64,000 bases of DNA from Azolla caroliniana (GCA_043228905.1 JBHGNT010000002.1:11904001-11968000); one strand, 5' to 3'. Numbered from the stretch's first letter, positions 1 to 12,000 are shown. Numbers and translations: made by a program. The notes: generated by a model not told the origin, from the sequence alone.

Positions 1-687
1 ACTTGCCGGTGTTGCCGGTGGTGCAGGGGCTTCTAATTCCGGTGCCATGTGCACCGGTTCCGGTTCCTCCCTTGGCGTGGGAGTCTCAGTATGGGGAGCC
101 GGTGTTCCCTCCGTCTGAGGGTCCGAACATTTCCCGGCTCCCTCAACGGTCCTTGCCGACGACCGTCGCTGGAGGTGCTCCGTAGGCTCCTCCTCTATTT
201 CCTCTTCCTGAGTCCCGACATTGAGTTTCGCCGCCAAGGGGTCCGCTTCTCTATTCACCGGTCGGCGGCGTGTAATCTTTACAGGCCGTACCAGTGGTAC
301 CTCCTGCGCATCCGTTGGCCGCTCCCGGCTGGCGCTCTCCTTTCCCGCTTGTTCTGCGTCCGCCGCCTTCCCCTTAGTGGCCTTAGAGGCCAACAACTGT
401 TGTCTTTTGGAAGCAGTCCTTGGGGTGCCGTCCGCCACTCTTCCCTGCTTCTTGGGCTCGACGGGCTCGACAGGTGGCACAAGCAAGGTGAGCCACTGCG
501 TTACTGCGTGCCATATCTTCCGTCTGTCTCGGCCTTCTTTGCCGTCTTTTCCTCTAACGATCTCAATCGCCGCACTCAATACCGGCCAATCCACCTTGAT
601 CCCTTCATAGGTGGCGATGATCATCCCTTCCCGGTTCTGCGGCATGACAGGGGGTCTAGGGTACACATGGCTGTATTCGTGGAGCAC
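1..687 (-). pseudogene. C-terminal part of the host Gypsy accessory ORF (open to the window edge)
   Basis: Manual translation has no stop down to position 1: VLHEYSHVYPRPPVMPQNREGMIIATYEGIKVDWPVLSAAIEIVRGKDGKEGRDRRKIWHAVTQWLTLL, then a Pro/Glu-rich tail. It continues in frame from 7959-7654. Confidence 0.85.
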
Positions 688-691
688 ACGG

Positions 692-1337
692 TGTCGTGAA
701 GAAAACCGTCCACAAGCGGAATTGGTGCACCAGAGCGTAGGAACCGGCTCTTCATGCACGTACGCCTTATGTTGTACGTAAGAGAGAATTAGGTACATAG
801 AAGATCCTAGGTAGGTAGATTCGGTAGGTAGGAAGTTAATGGGAAACGGCTCCTTTCTTGCCTATAAAAGGAGGGAGACGAGAAGGAGGAGGGGGGATCG
901 AAGATAGAGAGGACGAAGTGTTGTCGGGTTGTCGGCCGAAGGCTTCTCTCTCTTCCATACTCCGTAGCTTCTTTCTGTGCAGGTTTCCGGGAGGCTCGCG
1001 CTGCTCTGAGGAATGCCCGAGTGCTTCCGGTAGCACCTCCAACCTACTCCTTTCTTTCTGTGCGTTTGTGAACTGGCATCGGCATCTGTTCGCCGGCCTG
1101 TTCGGTTGTAACCGACTTCGTGCTTCTTGTTGTTTGTCTTTGTTAATATATATATACATACATTCATGTCTCTCTGTGTCGGTGTCCCACTCGCGTCTTT
1201 GTGTCGAAGGGTCGTGTCCCTGTGAATCTACGCTCGCATGTAGTGGGTCCCTTCCCTTCTCCTTTCTCTCTTGTTCTTTGGTACAAGACCCCCGAGGCCC
1301 CGCCTCATTCCACGCATCCGCGAGGAATACCTCGACA
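692..1337 (+). repeat. 5' LTR of element A
   Basis: TGTCGTGAAG...CCTCGACA, a direct repeat of 7008-7653 with about 15 substitutions, nearly all transitions. Confidence 0.97.
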
Positions 1338-1340
1338 TCT

Positions 1341-1358
1341 TGGTGAACCCGACGTGAA
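1341..1358 (+). promoter_or_regulatory. Primer-binding site complementary to tRNA-Trp
   Basis: TGGTGAACCCGACGTGAA lies 3 nt after the LTR and is the reverse complement of the plant cytosolic tRNA-Trp 3' end (TTCACGTCGGGTTCACCA, recalled from memory). Confidence 0.88.
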
Positions 1359-1380
1359 GGAGGCGGCAGAAGAGCAAAAG

Positions 1381-3506
1381 ATGAAGGGGTCGGATCTTGC
1401 GGAGGCCATGGCTTCAGCCGTGGATCGGATATTGAGCGCACGCGAGGGCACCGGCGCCCTCGACAGAGCCATTGAGGCGGTCGTCTGTACGATCGGCCGG
1501 TTCAGCGGAAAGGATGCCACGAAGTATTTGGCGTCCTACGGGGCAGAAATGCTGATGCGGGACATTCCGAAAGAGAGGCGTCTTGCCGGGTTCCCTCGAG
1601 TGGCGATGCCGAGCATCCATGCGGAGGTGCTCGAGGTGCGGGTGGAGAGCCGTACCTGGGAGGAGTTCGAAGGCCGACTCCTAGAAAAATACGGACTGGA
1701 CGACGCGCTCCGGCTTTCAAAACGGGACTTCATGGAATGGGTGAAGGCCCCCGGCAAGGGAAGAAACGCGTCGGCACTCCTCCGGGAGTTTGAAGAACGC
1801 TTTGCGCGCCTTTCGGCGCTTGACCGAACCATTCTGGATACGAGCCGGGTCCTACTGTTCGTCAAGTCGGTGGACGAGCGAGACCGGGATCAAGTTGGCT
1901 CCTTGCTGGAAACCGAAGACGGGCTGACGACCGACTGGGCTGCGGTTAAGAGAGTCTGTGGCCGTTTCGACAAACGGCAAGAATGGGTTGATAACGGGGC
2001 GGCCGGTGCGGGCTCTGTCACAGCAAGGAAGCTTGAACCGGCACCGCAAGGGCAAAGGGAAGAGACCAGGGAGTGGCTCGAAACCGGTTCGGCTTCGACC
2101 GGCATGGTCAATGGCTCATTCGGAGGAGCAGCGCTGGAGGAGTTGACGCGGGCGATAAAGGATCTCCAGATCGCCCAGGCTCGAAGGGAAGGCGGCGAAC
2201 CGGCTCGTTACCGACGGCCGGCAGCAGGGAACAGGTGCATGTGGTGCGACGAGGTCGGCCACATTCGGAAGGACTGCGGCGATTTCGCAGAGGCGTTGAG
2301 GAACCGGGTGGTGTACCTATGGGAAGGCCGGGTGCACGCCAGCGATACCAGAAGGGCCCTAAACCGGAACGACGGGCGAGGAGGTATGAAGAGACTGATG
2401 GAAGAGGCAGCGGCCCGACACGTGGAGGCCATCCACTACTCGGCGTCGGTCGGTATTCGGGTCGGGGGCAGCGAGGCCCGAAAGGAGAGCAAAGACGGAT
2501 TCTGGTCGGCAATGCTGGAAGGCCTCGCCGGTGCATGGCTGAGGAAAGATGAAGCGGACCGCACTGAGAGACGGGTCCGGGAAATAACCGGGTGGAGCGA
2601 CCCGGTTGAGGAGAAGACGGGCTTCGTAGAAGCCGCCTGCCGGAACTACGAGGCTCTGGTAGAAGACAAGCGAGTGGGGAAAGCCGGAGCGGCCGGGCCC
2701 TCACAAAGATACGAGCCCGATTCGGGCAACGACGGAACGAAGCCGGTGGATCCAGCGCGCAAGATAACCCCAAGAAGGGCGGATACCGACTGGGGACGGA
2801 AATAGAAAGGGCCACGGACCTGCAAAAGGTCCTAGAAGAACGGATCCTCGACAGCAAAGTGGAGCTGTCATTGCGGGTGATGCTAGGGATCGCCAAGAAG
2901 GAGTTCCACGACTCCATTGTGGACTTGGTAAAGCGGAAGAGGCTGTCGACGGAGACAGAACCAGAAAGACCGGTGGAGGTGCGGACGACGCACATCGACG
3001 ACATGGCGCTGGAAGATGAGTGGGCGGAGAGCCACTATTCGAGGCCACACTGGGCCCGAGCGACCACGGAGACCCCGGTGAAGATCGGAGATGTTCAGGA
3101 ACCGGTGGTGGCACTGGTGGACCACGGTTCGGAAATAAACCTGATGTCCATGGACTTCTACAAGAAGGGAAAATGGCCGATCAACACCAAGCACGGGTGG
3201 AAGATACGGGCGGCGACGCGCGCCACCGAGGAACTGCACGGGGCCAGCCCGAACGTGCGGGTCAAGATCGGCGACGTTGAGATTGACCAGCACTTCTTCG
3301 TGCAGGAGACGTCCTCGCACCCGGTCATATTAGGGGAACCATACATCACGGCGGCACGAATGGAGACCAAGGTGCTGGACAACGGTTCGGCCTACGCAAG
3401 GGTCAAAAGCCAGGACGGGCGCCATTCGGTCCAATTTCTGACGGTGCGGCCGAACCACGAGCGAAACCGCGAATCCCTCGGTGGCGAGAACCGAGAGGAT
3501 TTTTAG
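1381..3506 (+). pseudogene. gag-protease of element A, with one frameshift near 2715-2780
   Basis: ORFs 1201..2805 (zinc knuckle) and 2859..3506 (LVDHGSEINLM...VILGEP). The homolog at 60472-61636 reads through this junction in one frame. Confidence 0.88.
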
Positions 3507-3562
3507 AGAGGGCTGCCAAGGCGTGGGGCCGAGACAGTCCGGACACTCGGGAAAGACCCCAC
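3497..3562 (+). other. Putative -1 programmed ribosomal frameshift signal (G GAT TTT plus pseudoknot)
   Basis: The heptamer sits just before the gag-pro stop and the -1 frame is open into pol. Stem pairs are GGGCTG/CAGTCC and GTGGGG/CCCCAC. The cassette is conserved in the second copy at 60419-60481. Confidence 0.8.
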
Positions 3563-6500
3563 AACTGTACGATAGAACCGAAACCGAAGAAACCTTGTAC
3601 GATAGGTAGAAAATTTTGCTTCTCCAACAACGGAGGGTGTATGATAGTCGGCATCGTTGGCCGAGAAAAGGCAAGGGCGGAGGAGCGACTTCAAGCGTGC
3701 GGAGTTCTCGGCCCGGACGAGGAAATCAGCGGAGCCGTGGAGGCGGTCTCCTTCGACGACACCTTGGGGATGCTGAGGAAGATAGCCGGAGAAGACCTTA
3801 ACGAAGACCGGACGATACCAGTATGTTCCGAAGAGATGTACGAAGTCATCGCGAACTTCAGTCAGGGGCTCGGGTCGGATCGGACGGCCCGAGTTAGCAC
3901 AAAGTACAAGACTGTGGACCGAAAGGTAAGGCTAGTCACGGCACCCTTATCGGAGGGCAGCGAGTCCCGAATCAGAGGGGTTGCGTCGGACCCCAGTTTA
4001 CGAGATCCGTTCTGCATAGGACACACCTTCACCGACGGGATGCTCCGGGAGCTCAAGATCGGTGGGGGCGGGTTCCTACTGCCGGCGGAGGAAGACCGGT
4101 TTCGGAGAATTCTTGGAAGGCACGGGAAAGCCTTCGCATTCTCACCAGAAGAGATCGGGTGCGTAGACCCGACAATCATGGAGCCGATGGTGATATTCAC
4201 GGTACCGCATGTGCCGTGGAATCTCAAGCCGATTCCAGTACCGAGAGCTCACATCCCGAAGTTGATGGAGCTATTGAGGTAGAAAGTCGATATGGGCATT
4301 CTCAAACCGTCGAGTGCCCCATACTCGAACCGATGGTTTACCTTACCAAAGAAAAAAGGAACATTGCGCTTCATTCAAGACCTGCAGCCGGTCAATAGAG
4401 TGACCATTCGGAACGCAGGAATCGGACCAACCATAGATGAGTTCGCGGAGGCCTTCGCCGGAAGGTCGATTTACTCGGTCGGTGACCTGTACTCGGGGTA
4501 CGACTAGTTCCAGCTAGCCGTGGAGAGCAGAGACATTACGACGATGCGAACTCCCCTCGGCCTAGTGCGAATGTGTACCCTACCACAAGGAGGGACCAAC
4601 TCGGTGGCCCACATGGTGAATGCAATGAACAAGGTACTGAGGGATTGCATCCCGGACATCACCATGCCATTTCTAGACGACATCCCGATCAAGGGGTGCC
4701 CGGTGGAGGAGAAGGACGAGACACTCGGGCCGGACGGATGCCCGCGATTCGTGGCAACACACATCGATGACTGCGAGAAGGTGCTACAAAGGCTGGAGGT
4801 TGCAAAGCTCACCTTCTCCGGGGAGAAATCGGTCTTCGGGCAATCAGAAATCCTGGTGGTCGGACACCTATCTGGACCATATGGCCGGAAGCCGTCTCCG
4901 GCAAAAGTAGAAGCCATCTGCGCGATGAAGACCGACTGTAGCTCGGTTACGGAAGTTCGGAGGTTCCTGGGGGCGTGCGCATTCTACCACATATGGATCC
5001 CGCATTACGCCCACGTTGCGGAGCCGCTATACGGGTTGCTGAAGAAAGGGCGAAAATTCGAGTGGCAAGACGAGCACACGGAGTCGGTCCGGAAGCTGAA
5101 GGAAGCTCTTGCGGCAGCACCGGCGCTCCGGAAGGTTATCTACGAGAAGGGTACCCCGGTATACATAACGGTGGATACGAGTCCGACCGGGATCGGATGG
5201 GTCGTCAACCAAGAAGACGAGGACAGCATTCGGTTCCCGATCCGATTCGGCGCAAAGGTCCTCAGTGAGCGACAGCGAGGGTACGCCCAGGTTAAACGCG
5301 AACTCTGGGGTATCGTTTCGGCAGTAAAGGCCGACAAAGACTACCTGATCGGGACAGAAGTGATTATCGAGACGGATTGCCTGCCAATTCTCGGCATGGT
5401 CTCCGGATGCGCGACATGGGACCTAGCGATGCTCAGGTGGATAGCGTACATCAAGTCCTTGGACCCGGAAATACGACACATTTCCGGAAAGGACAACGCC
5501 ATGGCCGACATGCTTTCGAGGGCGAGGTTTGATGACGAGGGCGGCATGGTTTCGGAGGACGAAGAAGTCGGCGTGGACTTCTTCGAGGCGCCATACGTAA
5601 CGACGTATGGGGCGAGCACTCCGGCACTTAACGGCTTCGACGAGAGCAAGTACGACGGCGAGTGGCTACAGATCGGTGGTTTTTTGAGGACAATGACGCC
5701 GGATGCGTCATGGACGAGGGACGAGGCCAACCAGATCCGGAAGAAAGCATACCGATTCTTTCTCCGGGACGGATACTTATGGAAGCACCCGAAGAAGAGG
5801 AACGGCATCCCGCTCCGGGTGGTGGTGATGAAGGAAGAACAGGAGGAGCTGCTGACGGCCTACCACGACAGCCCTTGGGCTGGACACCATGGAACGTGGG
5901 CCACGTTCGAGAAGATAAAGGGGAAGTATTGGTGGCCGGGACTGTACCGGGACGTGCATCGGTTCGTGACAACTTGCGAGAGCTGTCAGATGCACTCCAT
6001 AGTCCGACATCGGGACGAGCTTCACCCTACGTACCCTCCGACCATCCACTTCAAATGGATGGTAGATCTGGTGACGATGCCGATGGGAGTAGGACAGATG
6101 CGGTATCTGGCCCTGGCTCGGGAAGATCTGACGAACCAGGTGGAAGGCCGAGCCCTTCAGAACAAAACGACCGCGGCCATATGTCGGTTCCTGATCGAGG
6201 ACGTGATATGCCGGTACGGGTGCGTCGGGAAGATCGTGGCTGATCGCGGGGAGTTGGACGCCGAAGAGGCCGAGAAGCTGTTCGACCGGCTAGGAGTCAA
6301 GCTCTCGCTTACCACTGCGTACAATCCGGAGGCAAATGGGAAGGTGGAGCGCGGACACAGACCGATCGTCAAGGCGTTAGTTCGGGCATGCGGAGGTCAA
6401 GTTGGGAACTGGCCACGGCTGCTGCCTTACGCATTATGGGCGGACCGAACTACGCACAGTTCGGTAACCGGATTCATGCCGGCAGAGCTCATGTTTGGGC

Positions 6501-6934
6501 AGAAGCCGATCATGCCGATGGAACGTACGATCTCCTCATGGGCAACCGTGGACTGGAAAGACGAGATGAGCCGGGAGGAACTGTTGGCGGCGCGCATACG
6601 ATAGCTCAAGCGAAGACCGGAGGATGTGGAGCAGGCTGCGGGGAAGCTTCGAGTGGCAAGGACGAGGAACAAAGCCCGGTTCGACCGAACGCACCGGCAC
6701 CGAGCAACACGGAAGTTCGCAAGAAGGTGGTTTGGGCCTTACGTGGTACAAAGCGCCAACGACAACGGGACGTACCATCTGGCTGAACTCGACGGCACGA
6801 GAATGGCGATACCGGTAGCTAGGAAGCGGATCAAAGCGTTCAAGAAGCGTCACGACGACGAGGCGGATCCGGTTAACCTGGACCGCGACGACGAACGATC
6901 CGAAACCAAGGAAGAACCGACGGGCGGGGAATAA
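3500..6934 (+). pseudogene. pol (RT-RNase H-integrase) of element A with three in-frame stops
   Basis: ORFs 3641..4282, 4292..4507, 4520..6604 and 6626..6934 share one frame and are separated by single TAG codons. Motifs: LPQG, FLDD, TVDTSPTGIG, H-H-C-C, VDL..ADRG..NGKVER. Confidence 0.93.
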
Positions 6935-7007
6935 AGACTGGACCGGTTTTCTCCGTCGCAACACAATTTGGCGCATGCCGGTGGATGCACGGTTAGGTGG
7001 GGGCGAA

Positions 7008-7653
7008 TGTCGTGAAGAAAACTGTCCACAAGCGGAATCGGTGCACCGGAGCGTAGGAACCGACTCTTCATGCACGTACGCCTTATGTTGTACGTAAGAG
7101 AGAATTAGGTACATAGAAGATCCTAGGTAGGTAGATTCGGTAGGTAGGAAGTTAATGGGAAACGGCTCCTTTCTTGCCTATGAAAGGAGGGAGACGAGAA
7201 GGAGGAGGGGGGATCGACGATAGAGAGGACGAAGTGCTGTCGGGTTGTCGGCCGAAGGCTTCTCTCTCTTCCATACTCCGTAGCTTCTTTCTGTGCAGGT
7301 TTCCGGGAGGCTCGCACTGCTCTGAGGAATGCCCGAGTGCTTCCGGTAGCACCTCCAACCTACTCCTTTCTTTCTGTGCGTTTGCAAACTGGCATCGGCA
7401 TCTGTTCGCCGGCTTGTTCGGTTGTAACTGACTTCGTGCTTCTTGTTGTTTGTCTTTGTTAATATATATATACATACATTCGTGTCTCTCTGTGTCGGTG
7501 TCCCACTCGCGTCTTTGTGTCGAAGGGTCGTGTCCCTGTGAATCTACGCTCGCACGTAGTGGGTCCCTTCCCTTCTCCTTTCTCTCTTGCTCTTCGGTAC
7601 AAGACCCCCGAGGCCCCGCCTCATTCCACGCATCCGCGAGGAATACCTCGACA
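7008..7653 (+). repeat. 3' LTR of element A
   Basis: Direct repeat of 692-1337, preceded by a PPT. Confidence 0.97.
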
Positions 7654-7959
7654 ATGGGCAATCTCGCGGAATAGCATATCTCCGCCGCCCTGTGTCTGGT
7701 AGCCCTTGCTGGATAGGGAGTACTCACCAAAATACTTGATGAGTTGCTCCGAGGTCGGATTGTCGATCGTGAATATGCCTCCCTCCGGAAGGCCTATTAA
7801 CGCACGGATCGCCTCCTCCGTTATGACCTCTGTGTCGATTTCTTTGATCACAGTGTCGGCTTCTTTGTGTGGCGGTGCCTCCATAATCGTCAAGAAGCCC
7901 TCGAGCCCGTGTTGCTTTAGCCATTTCTTGGCGGCTTCCGACAGCGTTTGCGGGTCCAT
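7654..7959 (-). pseudogene. N-terminal part of the host Gypsy accessory ORF
   Basis: MDPQTLSEAAKKWLKQHGLEGFL...ITEEAIRALIGLPEGG...LFREIAH, cut exactly at the edge of element A. Confidence 0.85.
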
Positions 7960-8324
7960 GTCTGTGTCGAGGTCGAATTGTGGTGGCGAGGTTGGATGGT
8001 GATGAGAGTGAGAGTGAGAGAGACAGAGTTTAGAAAGCGGGGGTTCTCTGTGCGTAGGTTCTCGTCTGATGATCTGCCAACGCCTTGGTGCTTCTGTGAT
8101 CCTGGGTTCGCGAAATGAGAAGGTCTCCATGCGCTGTGGTTTTTCTCTATGCATTCTGGCGCCTTTTTGAGCGTGTGCACGTCGTGTCCTAAAATAGCAT
8201 TATGTCCTGTGGCGGCGCTTAAATGCCCACTACGTACCTTTTCGCTCCTCGCTCTCTCGTCCGTTCATACCTCGCTTTTGCATGATTACTTCGCCTTTTT
8301 TTTTTTTTTAAATGTAGTGTGAGG

Positions 8325-9054
8325 TTACTTGTCCGTTGGTCCTATCGGACCCTTACCGGCCTCATTACGGTTTGTCGTCGCCTCATTCTCCCCAGTTACC
8401 GGCTTGCCGTCTCCTCCGTCTTGGTGGTTGTCGTTTCCCTCACAGGTTGCCGTTTCCGCACCGGTTCCCGATCCGGTGTCGGTCCTTTGCTCAAATGGGT
8501 TCTTGGGCATCAATCCTCTATATGGCTTCAATCTGAATCCGTTGACCCATTTGCCTAGCACTTCGCCAGCAAGTGTCCCTAACTGGTAGGACCCATTATA
8601 CTCACGCGTCAGCCAATACGGGCCGGTCCATCTAAACCGTAGTTTACCCGGCATCTTGCCCATCCGGGTCTGAAATACTAACACCGGCTTGCCGATTTCG
8701 AACATTTTTTCATTTCCTTTCCGGTGCCGGTCGACAAATGCTTTCCGTCGCCGTTGTTCCAATTCTAAGTGCAGGATGCTTGCCAGCCGTTGTTCCTCGA
8801 GTTCACACAGCGCTGTTAACCGTATTGCCTCCGACTCCTTCTCGTTCAGTCGTTCCCGTAGCTGGATCCGTAAGCTTGGTACTTGGAATTCCACCGACAT
8901 GACCGCCTCTAGTCCGAACGCTAACCGGAAAGGTGTTGTTCGGATGCTCGTTTTGTATGTTGTCCGGTATGTCCAAAGCGCGCTATATAGCTTGGTATCC
9001 CAATCCGTTCGGTTTTCGTTGACGATCTTCCGGAGGATATTCTGGAATGTTTTG
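8325..9054 (-). pseudogene. Host Gypsy integrase, C-terminal part
   Basis: KLRFRWTGPY (GPY/F module) and WVNGFRLKPY. It continues NGLTESTNK from 14469 across Copia B. Confidence 0.92.
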
Positions 9055-12000
9055 TGTTGGGATTACGGTCCCTCCGGATGGGATGGTCGGATGTCCGGGA
9101 ATCGGGAATGAAGACCCGAATGAGGAGTAACCGGTATCGGAGCCGGATGACGAAGACCCGGTTTCGGATCCGGATGATGAAGACCCCGGCTACGGAGCCG
9201 GATGACGAATGTACCCGGAGAGAGAGATCCGGATGTGGGGACATATTTGTGAATATGTTTGCCAAGGGCCCTTGAGGCTATATTTGTAAATAGCCCGAAA
9301 GTCATATGTGTATAAATATGACTTAGGGCAAACAGTTTTATGTTGTTGCTCATTTTTTTTGTTTTCCACTCAGAGGGAGTGAAGTGAGAGAGAGAGAGAG
9401 AGGAAGGAAGAGGTCGACGCCTCTGTGTAATACCGCCGCCTGTGGCGAGGACAGCGAGCTCAAGGTCGTCGCCTTGCAGCTCGCCATTGTACATTCCCTG
9501 CGTATAGTGATAGTTGGAGTCTTGCACTCCCGTGGTTTTTCCCGTCTAGGGTTTTCCACGCTAAACCCTGTGCATTCGAGTCTCTCTCTGTTTTTCGATT
9601 TTCTGCTGCATTGCTTCGTGTTTCCTCGGTTGTGGCCGGGAGAGGTGAAGGTCTTGTAGGCGTCAATATCCTAACAATCTGGTATCAGAGCGACTTCAGT
9701 GCAGAAAATGGAAGGCGGCAGCAGCGGGCAGCCGGTGATGATGGTGCTGAATGTGCAGAACTACGCCGACTGGAAGATAAAGATGGAGGATCTGCTAATT
9801 GTTCGGGACCTGTATGAACCTATCAACAGGTCGGAAATACCCAAGGGGGTACTTAAGACGGAATGGAGGCTTCTGAACCGGAAAGCCGTTGCAACCATTC
9901 GGCAATACGTCGACGTGAGCGTTCTACAACATGTGGCGAACGACACCAACGCATATGAGATGTGGCAGAAGCTGTCAGGCCTCTACGAGAGGAAGAATGC
10001 GTTGAACCGGACCTCCCTGATGAGGAAGATAGTGAACCTCAAGTACCGGGACGGCGAGAGTATGGTGGAACACGTAAGCACGTTCATGGGAATCGTGAAC
10101 CAGCTTGCGGCGATCAAGTTCCCGTTGGAGGATGCAATGCAAGCCATCATCCTGATGTGTACATTGCCGGAAAGCTGGGAGAACTTGGTGGTGACTCTGA
10201 GCACCTCCTGCACCGAAGATAACTTGTCCCTACAAACGGTAAAGACAAGCATTTTGAACGAAGAAGCGCGTCGGAGAGATAAAGAACCGGCCTCCGATCC
10301 GAAGATGCTGTTTACCGAATCGGATCGGGGAAGACAACGGAACCGGAGTCCGCAAAGACGGGAGAAGTCGGGGACCCGGTCGCAGTCAAGAGGAAGGCCC
10401 ACATGCTTCCACTGTGGGAAGCCGGGGCACTTCCGAAAGAATTGTCGGCATTACCGAAAAGACAACGGAGCCGACGACACCGATTTGAAGAAGTCTTCGG
10501 AACGGAACGGTGCTTACCGGGGAGCCACGGACCGGAATGGTTCGGATCGGCGAGGGCAGGACCGGAAAGGAACGACGACACTCGCGGCAAGTGAAGAGGA
10601 GATCATGCTCATCACCGAAGAAGGTGAACTAAACATTGCCGGCGATGAGACTACCTGGGTGGTCGATTCCGGAGCGTCGTTCCACCTGACCCCGGAAAGA
10701 AGATACTTCTCATCCTACACAACCGGTAAGCATGGCTGTGTTCGGATGGGAAATGAAGGTACGTGCCGGATTGCCGGCATAGGAGACGTGTGGTTGACAA
10801 CCTCGACCGGATGCAAAATGTTGCTGAAGGATGTCCGACACGTTCCGGAGGTTCGTTTGAACCTGATTTCGGCCGGGAGGCTAGACGATGAAGGCTACAC
10901 AGGTAGCATCCGGAACGGCGTAATGAAGTTCAGCAAGGAGAGCCTGATAGTGGCTCGGGCCCGAAAAGTCAACACATTGTACCTTATGAATGCCTGGTTG
11001 TGTCCGGAGGAGTTGAACGTGGCAGCCGACACTGCCGATGAGCTGTGGCACAAGAGACTGTGCCACATGAGTGAGAAGGGGATGAAGAGGCTTGCAGAAG
11101 ACAACCTTATTCCAGTGAAGCATGTGCACCTGGAGAAGTGCACCGAATGCCTGGCCGGTAAGCAGAACCGAACCTCCTTTCACTCAAGGCCACCAACGAG
11201 ACGTAGCGCACCATTGGAGTTGGTGCACACTGACGTGTGTCAAGTAGAAACGAAGTCACATGGCGGAGCCCAGTACTTCGTGACATTCATTGATGACCAC
11301 AGCCGGAAGCTGTGGACGGCACCGTTGAAGACAAAGGACCAAGTGTTGTGCGTCTTCAAAGAACTCCACGCGAGAGTGGAAAGGGAATCCGGCAAGAAGC
11401 TGAAAGCGATACGAGCGGATAACGGAGGAGAATACCGAGGGCAGTTCGAGGAGTATTGTCGCTCGAAGGGAATCCGGCTCGAGTTTACTGTGCCAAAGAC
11501 GCCGGAACTGAACGAGCTGGCCGAGAGGATGAACCGGACCATAATGGAGAGGGTCCGGAGTATGCTGGCGCATGCGAAATTACCCAAGGAGTTTTGGGCT
11601 GAGGCAATGTCGACGGCGACATACGTGATAAACAGATCACCCTCAGTACCTTTGGACGGAGACACGCCGCAGAGAGTGTGGACCGGAAGGGAAGTATCCT
11701 ACCGGCATCTGAAGGTGTTTGGGTGTCTCGTATATGTGCATGTGGCAAAGGACCGGAGAGGAAAGCTAGATCCAAAGACCCGGCCATGCATATTCCTCGG
11801 TTACGGCGATGACGAGTTCGGCTACCGAGTATGGGACCCGGTCGACAAAAAGATATTCCGGAGTCGTGATATCATCTTCATGGAGGACAAGACACTCGCC
11901 GACTGGGAGTCGGAGAAGAAGATGAAGAGCTCCAAGTCGACCGGTGAGGATCAACTCTACGAGGAGCAGTCCCGACCGGCAAGGGACCGGTTAGCACTCG

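Larger units (their letters stand above)
692..7653 (+). mobile_element. Full-length Ty3/Gypsy element A (tRNA-Trp primed, atypical lineage), non-functional copy
   Basis: Two 646-bp TG..CA LTRs, PBS, gag CCHC (CMWCDEVGHIRKDC), protease, RT (FLDD), RNase H, integrase, and PPT AGGTGGGGGCGAA at 6995-7007. Flanks are ACGG (688-691) and ATGG (7654-7657). Confidence 0.96.

Noticed and set aside
49-699. 216-aa plus-strand ORF and similar long ORFs opposite TE genes (e.g. 2108..3004, 11957..12523, 41664..42314)
   Set aside because: Antisense shadows of GC-rich coding frames, with no motifs of their own.
1341-1358. tRNA-like sequence
   Set aside because: Only an 18-nt primer-binding complement with no cloverleaf. 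No tRNA or rRNA genes were recognised in the window.
836-1441. ORFs inside LTRs, repeated at 7152-7730, 9063-9527, 17320-17607 and 22053-22340
   Set aside because: They recur only because LTRs are duplicated and they cross element boundaries. One of them (858..1346) is broken by a stop in the sister LTR.
2700-2860. Possible programmed frameshift between gag and protease of element A
   Set aside because: The homolog at 60935-61636 is continuous in one frame and no slippery site is visible. A 1-nt deletion is the simpler explanation.
4280-6604. In-frame TAG codons as readthrough signals
   Set aside because: They fall inside conserved domains and fit point mutations, mainly CAG to TAG. The relative has sense codons at two of the three sites and is deleted at the third.
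687-7658. Apparent lack of a TSD for element A, suggesting a recombinant element
   Set aside because: A 4-bp TSD with one CpG transition explains it, and the interrupted ORF is restored in frame.
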